A DNA stretch of 64,000 bases from assembly GCA_037379345.1 (NCBI GenBank), contig CM074512.1:59045597-59109596 (forward strand), given 5' to 3'. The notes below the pieces were generated by a model. The model was not told the DNA's origin. It worked only from the letters and a program-made list of their open reading frames with translations, and searched no databases. This stretch comes from Perna viridis. Its lineage: Eukaryota. This document shows, in pieces, positions 1 through 13,035 of the stretch (the first letter of the stretch is position 1; each line of letters opens with the position of its first letter). The translations under genes were made by a program, and so were the position numbers.

Positions 1-417
<417 letters not shown>

Positions 418-1918
418 TTAGTACCATGACGATACAGTGTACAAAATAGTTGTATTTTTAAGCATTAATCAACATGCAAAACTAATGCAACATTTATTAA
501 AAAAAATTATAAACTAGTGCACACCTGATACACATACATTGTATTATTATTAAGCAATTCATGAAAAAATAGGAAAGCCTACTAAAACAGTTAAAAATGC
601 TAAAATCAACCCTATTACAGTGCTCCAGCTATGGCAGCTAGCCTTTTCTGCTCTTCACATGAATTTGAAAAAAAGAAATATGTGTACATGAACATGTCAC
701 TGTCTTTTTTTCATGTACATTTAAATACATTACATGTATGTTGTACATTATACAAATGTAACATACATGTACAAAACTGCACATGGCAGTCTATATAGTT
801 TATTTTCAGCTATACATGTGAATGTACAAGTATTTTGTCAAGTCACAAATGAGTGCCAAAAAATGCACAAATTATGCCCTTAATTTTTTTTGTATATAAG
901 TACATGTATTGTAATGCATTCTATTTTCTAGTCTCGTTAAGTACACTGTTTATACATTGTACATGTACAAATGTAATTACTTCAGCATGATTGTGTTTGC
1001 ACTCCAGCTGATATAATATTTTAAACCTTGTTGTTTCTTATTAATTGTTTGTTAAAATTTCTTACTTCAATTTTTCAACTTATACATTTGTAGGTGTAAA
1101 AAAAAATAGAGATTCCCCAAGGAAAATGATATTATCCAATGAAACTTTAGTTACATGAATTAATACTTATGTGTATGGAATAAATTACAGACTTTTTCAA
1201 ACCTTAATTTTAGGTCAAACTTGGGCCACATTCCCAAAGAGAAATATGCTTCTAATTTCCCAGATTTGTACATGATTAAAATGGAGATTTGTGAGAAGTA
1301 CAAGATCTACTCTCCACTCTATTGTATCAAATCTGTCATCCAGAGTTCACTTCATTGACTTAAATACTATGGAAACAGTACTGATTCTCATGTGGATTTT
1401 AATTAGCAATTATTTATAAAACACTATAAAAATTCTTGCCTTCACAAAAGATTATTTCCCAAAACTGCAAATTTCACTAATTTTCCCAATGGGCCCAGTC
1501 CCCTTCCCAAATACAGAAGGAAAATTGCTTACATTTTAGTAAGACATTGATACCTGACATAGCAGCTTAGCCTACATAGTATGCAAACAGCTACTACATG
1601 TACATACAGCTCTATACCCTTATACTCAGTGAACATTGATTTTTGCCAATTTAAGAAACTGATATTAATTTAAGTAGACATGATTTTTCAAGGAACAAAA
1701 GGGGAAATTGAGAAAATCATAAATAAAAAAGATACAGTTGTAGTATTACTAATGTTACTGTAACAAAATAACTAATACTATTACCGGTAAATTACATGAA
1801 GTAAAATCTAGGCACATACAAATGTACATTTGTAATTACAATGTATATGCAACACTTTCCCTTTTATATTCTAACAGTCTAACTGTTTGATCAAGTTACC
1901 CTTCTTTCTTCAGAGAAG

Positions 1919-2434
1919 GCCCCATGCAGGTCCGGGTGTCAAAAGAATAGGCCTGCAGCAGCCCTAAGCCTGTCGTAAAAGGCGACTAAATAGTGCTCAG
2001 AACCTTAGCCGGGGGCTAGGGCACTCTGCCCACACAGAAACAGGGTTGTGTGCCCCAGGTGGTGGAATGGGGTACCCCTGGTATGTTACATGCTGGGGTT
2101 GTCGGGCTATAATACGGAAAACCTGACCGCAAACCATAGTGATGCACCGTGTTGGGAAAGATGCCACGTTTCTCGCACGTTAAAGAACCCTACTGTGGTA
2201 TTCTCCCGGAGTAGGAACCATAGGGCTCCGCCACAGGAGGCTAAATTGCCCGACCCTACCCACCTCTCCCTATTTCCAGTGGCAATCAAAATTTCTCAAC
2301 CCCGTTGTCCTTGTGTCCCATCCCATTTTTCATTTGATCATCATTTCATGTTCATATTATCATCCACTTCATGTTCATCGCCTGAATATAGCTGAAATAT
2401 TGCTGCTCGGGCGTTAAACCCAAACAAACAAACA
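1919..2434 (+). mobile_element. SINE-like non-autonomous retroelement, copy 1
   Basis: 12-bp TSD TCTTCAGAGAAG (1907-1918, 2435-2446); (CAAA)n tail; central GCACGTTAAAGAACCC...GAGTAGG...GGCTAAATT resembles the Deu/Nin SINE domain; second copy at 23.4-24.0 kb. Confidence 0.9.
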
Positions 2435-2549
2435 TCTTCAGAGAAGTACTTACTATTCCTGCTAAAAAATTATTTTAAATGTGTACATTTGTATATGCAC
2501 TGTGAAGAATGCAGAAACATCAAAAGTGTTGACAGTAGTGTACTTGTAC

Positions 2550-3671
2550 CAGGGCTCACGCTACTGGGCGTTTTGGGAAAAATAGTCACCCTGGAGTTGC
2601 TCATTTCGCCCTCAGACAACACCAAAAGCGAAGTGAATTCACCCTGTCATTTTCAGAATCGCCCATGATTGGGATTATACTCTGTCTAGATCTTTTAGCG
2701 TTATTTTGACCAGAGTTATCTCTCTTCCGATAACAATTCAAACAAAAATGGTGTCTGTTCGAGAAAATAAATTGTAAAAAAATTTTGAAATCTATTGAAT
2801 TAAAGGTCACAAGCAAGTATTTTAATCAGCTCTTTGTTTCAAACGGTTAAGACAGGATACGGAACAAACATTCTTCACTTCAGCTTATGATAATTCATGT
2901 TTAATTGTTTACATTTCGTTACCAAACGTGCAAATTTGTCGTGCGGGTTCAATTGATAATTCGGTAGGAAACCCGAAGAGTTTCTTTTAATCTTCATATT
3001 TCATAACAGAACAATAAATTCTCCATTTCGACAGAACATTTCCTAAGCTTGTACTGACCGCTACAATACACTGTATGTGTCAATAAAGTTTCAGTCTTGA
3101 TTTGTCAGTATTAAATTTTTAACATGATTATTGATACTCTTAATCAACTTATATCAAGAGACTGGATATTTTGAACATGAAATTATTATGGATCAAGTGG
3201 GATCAGAAAAAAAACAACAAAATGAAAATTCCAACAGAACGCTACTGCCAGAAATTTTCTACTCCAGTGCTGCTAAAAGACAAAATCAATAGAACAATGC
3301 TTTGGAAAAAGCTTTGCTTTGCTCAATCATTTATTACTTTTGCTGTCATAAATTTGGTAAGGGGTTGAGGTACAGATTAGAAATTCAATTTCATAAACAA
3401 ATGATATAGTCAATCATTCTGTCAGCAGGCTGATTTCAATTTGCCCAAAATGTTTAATTACTTGCATATGTAGCTTAAAGAAAAATCAACATTTATATAA
3501 AAAAAAAAAATGAATGTATGGAAATGCTTGCTTATATTGTGTGCATGTAAGTATTATAAAACACATAATTTCAAAAACCATTGGTAAATGATGCATTTAC
3601 ACATTCACTGCTCCCTAGTGTCTTTCTGAAAGAGTGGCTCTCCCTAATTTTCTCAAGTAGCTTGAGACCTG
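2550..3671. mobile_element. Non-autonomous hAT-like DNA transposon with 6-bp TSD
   Basis: TIR CAGGGCTCACGCTACT / AGTAGCTTGAGACCTG; flanked by TTGTAC direct repeat. Confidence 0.75.
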
Positions 3672-3716
3672 TTGTACACACGCAAGTTTCTCTTGCAATT
3701 TTTGTTTAGGTGAATG

Positions 3717-4347
3717 GGTATGGTCTACAATATGTAACCCGTACCCACACCAACTTTTCCCCATACCCAAATAATGTTTTGCTAAAATATTCATTCTTAC
3801 AGTATGTTAAGAACTGAAAATCACATGACATGTGGAAAAGTCAGCTTCAATACATTTTTAATCAAGAAAATGATGTATATTTTTTTCTAATATTTCTTGT
3901 TTGATCGGTTTTCTGAAGTCAAAAGGTCTAAAATGTGTAACTGGAAGTTACCATACCAAACTAATTATTGACTATTTCTCACTTTCCTATACAAATTTTG
4001 AAGTTTTATAAAATCATAGAGGTTAAAACTTCACTTTAAGACTTCGGGTAAAGTTTTGAAAGATTTGATATTATTTTAAAAAAGAAGTGGTTGAGTTTGA
4101 ATTCCGTAGTGTACCTAGCATCAATCCCCATGCCAGCAAAGAATGGATACGATCTTATCCAGAATGAAACGTCTCATAAACAGAGTCTGATGCGATTTTA
4201 ATTTTAAATATGATTAAATCTAGCCTAACCATCATATCATTTTGTAAATATGTACCAACTTTCAGATGGAAATATCATGTATTAATGAAGAAATTGACAA
4301 AATAGTATTTGGGTACAGGTATGGGGTTACACAATTTAGACCATACC
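3717..4347. mobile_element. MITE (possibly MULE-like)
   Basis: TIR GGTATGGTCTACAATATGTAACCC / GGGTTACACAATTTAGACCATACC; imperfect ~9-bp flanking repeat (..TGAATG). Confidence 0.7.
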
Positions 4348-4524
4348 AAATGAATGGTCTCTTCTTACGACATGATGCATTTTCCTACAATTCTCATTCT
4401 TACATACTGTGGGTTAACTAAATGCTTCGAGGGCATTTAAGTAAATGTACATCTCAGATTATTTTTTATTATCTTTTAATTAGTCCATAGTATACCAAAA
4501 ATGTATGTCCTTGCCAACATATTA

Positions 4525-4758
<234 letters not shown>

Positions 4759-4869
4759 CTAGAAAAAAGGGACTGATCCAAAGGGACACTTTTTCAGCTC
4801 GCGGCTGAAATTTATAATCGCAGAGAGTATGTATTTAGTGTAAAATTAAATGCATACAAGTGTGTTTAC

Positions 4870-5480
4870 CAGATACCAAACAAATATTCTCGCACTGAAT
4901 AGTCAAATATGAATATACGATTTATAGCAACACAAATCCCTATGAGCAGAAGTTAGAAAGCCTATCCGTTGAAGCTCTTCCAGCCATTCTAATATACACT
5001 AGGTTACAATGTCGTTGTCATTTTCTTCTAGTCATTTTTTCATCGTATTCTTTATCCATTATGAAATGTAGAAACGTCGCCATGTTGGTTCTTTTTTTTT
5101 GGGGCCACTGTAATAAATTCATGCGCTGGTTAGTAAAATCTATTTTTTTGTCGTTATATGTGATAGATTTTCGATCAAATCATTTTTATGAATTTTTTTT
5201 CCTTTTACAATGCATATTAGAATATGTTTGATTCAAAGGAATAGCTTTAAATAAATGGAAATGACGAACTACTTTTTATAAACGTTCTCTGTGAATCGGC
5301 ATTGTTTTGGAGCAGAGGTTATGACCATAGCAACCTATTCACGTGATCAAACATGTCAAAAGAGCACCTGCTACTATCTTGTTTTGAAGGAAACATGATT
5401 GATATGCAGGATATTTGCATACCAAACGTGTCCTTCCTTGATTTTATTGACAAAATTCTATTTCTCCTGTTGCCATGATC
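4870..5480 (-). promoter_or_regulatory. Putative CDKL promoter / 5'-UTR region with RFX X-box-like, E-box and YY1-like motifs
   Basis: CpG-richer stretch; GTTGCTATGGTCAT (minus, ~5321-5334), GTTGCCATG (~5469-5477), CACGTG (5340-5345), AACATGGCG (minus, ~5078-5086). Confidence 0.45.
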
Positions 5481-5959
5481 GAAAGGTTGATTTTAATAAA
5501 TTAAAGCTTTTTTTTTTTTGAACTATCGAGAATATTCATTGGAATTCTCAATTAAATTCAAAAAGTTTTAAATTATATATCTATTTGGATGACTTTTTTA
5601 AATTTGTAAATCAAGATCAAATTGGAAAAGTGCGCTTTTATTTGTGTCGCTTAGTTTTTTTACCTAAGGTAAAATAAGAAAAAAAAAGTAAAGATTCAAA
5701 AACAGCTAGATTTTTTTAAAATCTTAAATTATTAACATTTTAAGTGTATTTGAAAAAACTTTTTTTCAAGAACAGCCAATTTGGGTCAAATACGACAAGT
5801 ACAATATTTCATCCAAGCTCTCCGAAATGTGAACGTTTGTTGTTGCTCTTATTATATACAATACAGCACAAAAGTTTTATTTAATTAACGTTGATATTAT
5901 AAAACAGTACAACATAAGCTCCTAAGAGCTATTAAAATCGACATACATGCTCTATAATA

Positions 5960-6320
5960 AATAACATTTACATCACAAGTATAATACATGGCATCTCTCT
6001 AGTCCTTTTCATGCAACATACATACATGTAAATCATTAGTTAACATATATATAGGGCAAATAGTAGCAAACGCAAATAAGATTAAAATGGAAGAGCTGCA
6101 CAATAAATAGTCAACAATGTAAAAGCATATAAAGCAAAGCTGTTACGAATAGCAAGCACAACAATGACATGGCCTGCCCTTCCACGATTCTTAAATTGGG
6201 TAAAAGAGGATTCTCTGCGAAAATGATCTGACATGTCATTCCAAGTATTTAAAGGAATTTAACCCATACCTTAATGTTCTGACGTTGGGTACTTTTGCTG
6301 TGTTCTGATATCTGAAATAA
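5960..6320 (-). mobile_element. CR1/L2-group LINE 3' fragment
   Basis: Minus strand reads FRYQNTAKVPNVRTLRYGLNSFKY..WNDMSDHFRRESSFTQFKN, typical of a LINE ORF2 C-terminus, followed by a 3' UTR. Confidence 0.65.
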
Positions 6321-6983
6321 TATTTATTTTCTTTTATTTCAATTATGTCATGTACATGCAGATATACCGGGCTCTGTCTATTTATTATCTTGAAAGTTTC
6401 AGCTGCAATATATTTCTAATTCTTCTTACTTTCAGTGATGGCATTTTCGGTTTTAACAATCTTTAAAGCTCCTCATAAGTGCTAATATAGACGTTATAGA
6501 TGAATTTAAGAGCCCTTTCTTGTTTTTTTCACCTTTTTATTAGCATTAACCTCACTACAAAAGTTAAAAAGTGCCAGGACAATAATTAATGTTGGACAAA
6601 ATAAAATTTAACCTTCCTAATTCATTTAAGTGTTTCCCTATCCTTTTTAAAACATTTAACTGTTTAGAAGCCTTTTTGCAAATGTTGGCTGTTTGAGTAT
6701 CAAGTTTTGTTGTTGTTTTTTTGTTTTTTTGTTACATGGATTGTTTTATGCGTTTTTGTTTCAAATAAAATCAATCTATTGCAAATAATTTTCAGTCGAT
6801 TTACAAGTCAAGATCTCGAGGTCAAGCAGTCAAGATGTATGCACATGGTCAGTACCATCTCCTTGACCCCGACCGATTACATACTATACGTTTATACATG
6901 TTCGTTACTATTAAAAATCTGTCTGCTCTGGAATCTTTACAGGATATATTTTACTTACTTCTTTTGGTGTTATTTCAAGCATA

Positions 6984-7310
6984 TAAAACAGGAGATGTGG
7001 TACGATTGCCCAAGAGGCAGTCATCCACCAAATACCAAGCAACAAACAATTAAACTTCTACAGGTCAACTTACGGTCTTCAATGGTGGGTAACACCCATA
7101 CCATGAAGTAAACTGTAATAAGGTCCCAAACAAGTAAAGTGAACTATTAATAAAAGACGAAAATCTACCTAATTTATATAAAAATGCAAAACGAATAACA
7201 AAGAACATAAAAAAATCAACAATCCATGCACAGGATTACAGGCTCCTGGCTTGGGACTGACACATAAAGTAAGTGGCAGGGTTAAACATATCCCTCCCCT
7301 AACTTGGGAT
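6984..7310. repeat. Dispersed short repeat of bivalve type (AGATGTGGTA(C)GATTGCC...GGGTTAAACAT...CCCTCCCCTAAC)
   Basis: Motif recognised from recall as an abundant mussel interspersed repeat; only one clear copy here. Confidence 0.45.
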
Positions 7311-8110
7311 ATTGGTGGGAATCAGTCGAATTAGGATTAAAGTCAAGATTGTTATCTTAGATAGCAATATAATTTAGTTTCTACTTCATCAACTGTTTTT
7401 TTTTTTCACCGGAGAAGAGCTATTTTTTTACTGACCCGTACTCTACATTAAAACGCTTAATGACGTCCTCTTGTTTTATATGCTTTGTTGTTGTTTCATG
7501 GCCATCTTCCCTACATCTTTCTTTGCTATATTAACACATGGAGGTTATACTGTTAAACCAGGGGTATATAAACACTGTCATTTATAATTCTTATAAATTC
7601 TCTCAAGCATTTCAGAAACTTGATAAAATTGTAAAATTGGAATACTGCTCACGTGATTCTACATTAGTACACATTTTTTGTATAAATTATGAAATACAAG
7701 TATTTTCATTTCAATCATAGCATAACATTGAAAAGCCAATCTTCACAATATATATTTTTTTCAGAATGCCTGCAAAGTTTTTATGAGCTATGCCAGAGAT
7801 CTGTGTCCATTTCAGTGTGCATGCAGCCTATAGGAATCAACACTAATAAGTAAGAGGCTGTTACGGAGAGTCTTAGAGCATGGATATTAGATTATTATAT
7901 ACACTTTTACTTACATGTATGTACCTGTACTTTCTGCTTGGGAAGTGAAAGTTGTTTGATAATCTGCCAGAGTTATTAATTGGTATTGTGATTTGACAAG
8001 TAAATTTGTTGTATTCTTTAAATCAGTTTTAAATTTGTTGTATTTCTTTGTATCAGAAATCTTTTCATAAATGCCTGGATCTTTATGTCTGAGGCACTGG
8101 TGGTTCTCCA

Positions 8111-8197
8111 TGTATCAGCTGGTGGAATCTCGGCTTCTGTTACTGGAGATGGTCTATTAAGAAATTCTTCAAATTGTTCTCTCCATCTGTTTTTCAA
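8111..8197 (-). mobile_element. RTE-clade LINE ORF fragment
   Basis: Reads LKNRWREQFEEFLNRPSPVTEAEIPPADT, matching the RTE RWxEHFxxLLNRP motif between EN and RT. Confidence 0.6.
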
Positions 8198-11100
8198 GAC
8201 AGTAGTCTAGGTGATGTTACACAGTTCCTTAATGTTGTCATGTCCTGTCAGGGACACAATTTCCACTGGCTTAACTAGGTGTGGTACAAATTCACAGTGA
8301 TTGTTACACATATACTTTTAAAATATGTATCTTAATTTTAGCTTCTTGCCCCTTGTAACCCTTATTTCTAAGTAGTAAGGATTATAACCCCCTTACATCA
8401 ATCAACATCTTCCTTAGTGGTGTGGAAGCACATGGTACCATCTCATAGAGATACATACAATTTCACACCAGTGATAGCCTGAACATCAGGATTATGCTTG
8501 TTTTTTGTTGCCCTAATTCCTCAGTAGTTAGTCACAAACCTCAAAAACCCATTTCAAGTCTGTCTATCCTTGTGATACAATTTCATAAAGATCAATATGC
8601 ATTAATTTCATGAAATGATGGTTTCAGTGGTCCTTTTCACAAAAAATCATGTGTAAAATTAGTCGTAAGTTATGAGGTCATAATAGAGTTAATTATTGTG
8701 ACATCACAACTTACAACTAATTTTACTCTTACAATTTTTTGTGAAAAGGGCTGCTGGTTCCCTTTTTGCCTTTTGAATAAAAAAGTTTGGGGTAACAATC
8801 CCAAACCAATACCAACCTTCCTTTTGTGGTTTGGAGCCATGCACAATTATATCAAGATCCACCTACATATACTTAAGTTATCAAAGGTTAACTAAGTGCA
8901 TGTGGATGACAATATTTTCTCTAAACATATGAAAGAAACTTAGTTTGAGAACAACATGAACATTTGTACAGTGTGTGTACATTTGAGTACTGTTCTGTTA
9001 TGAGTGACCTGCAGTTTTTGTCTGCTGGCTTTTTAATACTTCAAGCTGCATTGCATACCACTCATTTGATCATTCTGTATTTCTTGATCACACAAGGGGT
9101 AAATTAACTAACTGTATTGTTTCAATGAGACCAATGTAGTATGAAATATACTATTAGTCACTATTGTCATATTAGCTTGTTATTCTGTAAATAAATTACT
9201 AAAGTCTGGTAAATGTTACTTTGAAAAGGCACTTGACCACTGCATGCCTGTGATGAAATTTTTGGGTAACTAAAAATCTATTTATATTTAATATTCATTT
9301 TCTGATTCTACTTGGTAACCTAAATAACAAAGAAACAAAAAAAATGTCATGTATATGGTTTAATGTTAAAACACATTTACGCATGTAAAATGTCTGGTAT
9401 TACAACTCATCAGAATCAATGACAGGCAAAATAATGGTTTTTTTAACAAGATGGATCAAACACTCATTCAACAGTCAAAAATACACTGTCTTCATGATGA
9501 ACACTGATTGCTGCAGGTCTTTTTTTTAAAGTGAACACACAGCATTTATTACGTTGCTGATGAAATAGTTTCTGTGCCACAACTTTTGTAACTCACCCCC
9601 CCCCCAACAGGATCAAGACTGATCATTTATAATGAAGAAATTTACAAAATTTCCATGTGTAATTTCCTAATGAAAGCAAATTCTGCTAATAAAGGCTAAG
9701 TTCAACATGCTCAAAATGTAAGAAAAGATTTGAAAAAATTTTCCATCATAGGACATGTAGGAGGTGCAAATCTTCAACATGTATTTTATTACTGTGATAA
9801 GTTTGGATAATATAACTTAAATACTTTTTGAGTTACAGATTACACAAAGTGAGTGATGACTACTGAGAAGGACAGACTGACGGACGGGTTGGAGCGGCTA
9901 CTATACCGTCTGTCACCATTGATGATACAGGTAAAAATCACTCTCATAACAGATTTAAACATTGAAAGTATCGATAACTTAAACCATCTTATGTCTTTAT
10001 CACAAATTGAAATGTATTTTATTACAACTTTATATATCAACCACATAAAAATAATAAATAAAATTAAAACATAGATCACAGGTTTGTTCAAGAGGAAGAA
10101 ACCATGTGTACTTGTGTAGCTTAAACCATATAACAGATGTGGAATTTTTTCCGGAATTTATTAAGGAACAATAGGAAAGAGGAAATTGGCAAAAGTGAAA
10201 AATCGTTATTATAAAATCCAGATTTGTAAAAAAAAAAAAGAGAAAATCAGCTAACAAGAGGAAGAAATCTTCTCTGTTCTTTCCATTCACTCAAAAGAGG
10301 TACATGAAAAATCCCCCCAAAAGAAGAAAATAACTTACATTTACATGTTTTTAAATTATTTTGTAGCATGAGCCTACATAAATCACCTGTTCAGTTAGAA
10401 TTAATTTCACCTAACTCAATAAGGTGTGTAACAAGGTTATTATAAAGTTTTGCATAAAATGTGCATCCTTCCCAAAGGACAGTGGAGAAGAGAGGTTCAA
10501 TCCAAGCTGTAGTGTACTAACATACTATGAACACAATTAAGATATTGTTTAACTTTACAACAAATTAATAAAAGATAGTAGTAGTTTTTTCATAAATAAA
10601 AAAAATTTTTTTTTACATATGACCATATTTACAATAACAAATTATAATTTCAATATACTGTTTTATAAATATGATAAACTTGGTAATGCAGGTTTATATC
10701 GGTAAAGGCATAAAAATATCTACCACCACGGAGAAAAGCAAGACCTTTAAACTTTTTTATGCAATTCAGAATAAAATACAGAATACTGAAAGTCAAAGAA
10801 TTTCTAAGAGAGAAATAATTCCTTAATTCTTCTTTGTATTAGTTGGAGAAAAAAAATTCAATCATGTTTATTTTTTGTTTACATGCATAACTAACTTGGT
10901 CAAATGATAGAAATTCATTGAAATGAAATGTTAAATTGATGATATTGAGCACATAATATGCATGAAACAGGGGCAGATCCAGACAGTTTAAAAAGGGGGG
11001 TGCTAGGACATCACTTGCCATTTTTTAGTCAATATTACACATAAAACGACAAATTTTCCAATAAAAAGGAGGGGGTGCCAACTACCTATACCCCCTGTGA

Positions 11101-12314
11101 AATTGGATCATTTGTAAAGTTTCAAAAGTCATTATGTAATATTTGACATTTTTCAGATTTAAAGAATTAAGAATCCATCATTACTAGCAATTCAATATTT
11201 CATTTCAAAAAGAAATTATATGTCCTCAAAAGTCAAAATGAAATTGACTTTAGAAACAACAATAAAATTCTTGAAAAGTAAGCTCTTATATTGAAATTCT
11301 ATAAAGACTTACAGTGTAAGACCTTAAATTCTACATTAGCTCTGATACTTAGTCTGTTTATACAATGATTCACTTCCTTATATAAAAATGCCCTTTCAAA
11401 ATTCACAAACGACACATTTCTCACATATCACAGAAAGGCAAAACAAGCATGCATTTATCACAAAAAAAATCTATCATTTTTATAAAAACATCCTGTTGTC
11501 CTATTTCCAAGGGTGTAAATGAAAAATTAGCAACTAATTTTGCAAGTCCTAGTGCCTAAAGTGACATCATGACTGGTGCATGGTTTTATACTTACACCTT
11601 TTGTTTAAGAGGACTGGTCATTAATTAGTTTATCAAGATGTTTCTTTGGTATTGTTCAGAAATGATGAAACTGTGACCATTTTCTTATTTTGTTTATTTT
11701 AAGTATGAAAATATAATGTTTTTAAAGACCTATTAGCCAGTCAGAAATGAATTGAAAACTGTCAAAAATATGTCAAGACAGTTTCAAAGCAAGATAAACT
11801 ATAGATGGTTCAACACACTTTTTTGGTAATGAAAAGAAAATGTAAGTATTGTTTTAGTAAGTAAATCTGTTTGGGAGTAAAGGCAAATATTATTAGTCCC
11901 ATTCACTCAATATAAATGTCCAACAGTGTGCAAATTCAAACCTACGAAAACTGACATACAGTTCGATGATATAATTTTTTTTTTACTGATACTGAAAATA
12001 TTATTATAACATTTCATACAATGATTCAAATATTGCACTAGTGTTAGATGAAAAAAAAAACCAAAAAAACACTCATATACATATAACTGAAATACGCATT
12101 TCATAACAATTAGAGATGATCAAGAAAACAGTACCTGCCATTATAAGTATTTGTACCAAATTATATGTAAATTGTGAATTTTTACTATGAAGGAAGAAAA
12201 TATTTTTTATATTAATATTCAAAGTTGGTGTGCAGAAAAAAATAAATTCCACCCATGCCTACAGTGTACTGATAAATCCTACACAAAACTTAAATTAAAT
12301 CTAGCATAAGTATA

Positions 12315-13035
12315 AATAAAATGCTCATCAAGGCACAGCTTGATACAACCACAGAGGTCAACCTCCCCCACCCCACCCCACCACCACCAAAAGGCAACAA
12401 AAGACATAACATTTAAGTTGCTACACATCTAAATTTGGATTGTGATTAAATGTTTAACACAGCATAAGTATCTTAACAGAATGAAATTCATCAAAAAAAA
12501 CTTGAGAGTTAGCAATCAGACAAATGGAATAAGTAATTTAGATAATGCTTATTTCTGACTCTTCCTAACTAGACTAAAACCTCTTAAATCATTCAAAACC
12601 TTCCTATTGAAGTATGGAAATTTGTACTAGAATTTCATATCAATTTATTAACTTTTACTCAAGTATTGTCCTGAAACCAAGAAAATGTTTTTTGCCGTAT
12701 GTGGCCGCTAGTTCCTTCTTTGTAATAATCAATCTCTAGCTGACCTTTGTGGTATGAAACCTTATGGTGCAATGAGATCCATTCACTATTACTCAAACTA
12801 TTCAGGAAACCAGAAAAAATGCTTGTTTTTGTCCATTTCTGATGAACAAATCACAAATGTTCTCAAGGTCCACAATTTCAAAATAATACTTAACTTCTTT
12901 TGTGGTATGAAACCTTGTCAATTTTGATCAAGATCCACTGTCATTCAAATAATTGCATAAAAACCAAGTCTCTACAAATGACATGGACGATAACAGCACT
13001 TTACCATGAAACAACCACAAAATTTCTGTGATCGT
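12315..13035. repeat. Helentron/HINE-like dispersed repeat (related copies ~15835-15945, ~30240-30970, ~60305-60640)
   Basis: Shared head AAATGCT..CAAGGCACAGCTTGATACAAC.GCAGAGGT plus degenerate internal tandem units. Confidence 0.6.

Noticed and set aside
1919-2030. HDV-like or pistol ribozyme assignment for the SINE head
   Set aside because: Could not place P3/L3/P1.1 for HDV, and the pistol-like words (GCCCUAAGC, UAAAUAG) occur in the wrong order; left as an unassigned structure.
2048-2395. ORFs 2048..2395 and 23579..23830 with near-identical peptides
   Set aside because: Both lie in the two SINE-like copies, their stops differ, and they carry no protein motif; chance ORFs in GC-richer repeat.
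6707-7111. 134-aa hydrophobic ORF and similar AT-rich ORFs
   Set aside because: Composition reflects T-rich non-coding or repeat DNA; no motifs or splice support.
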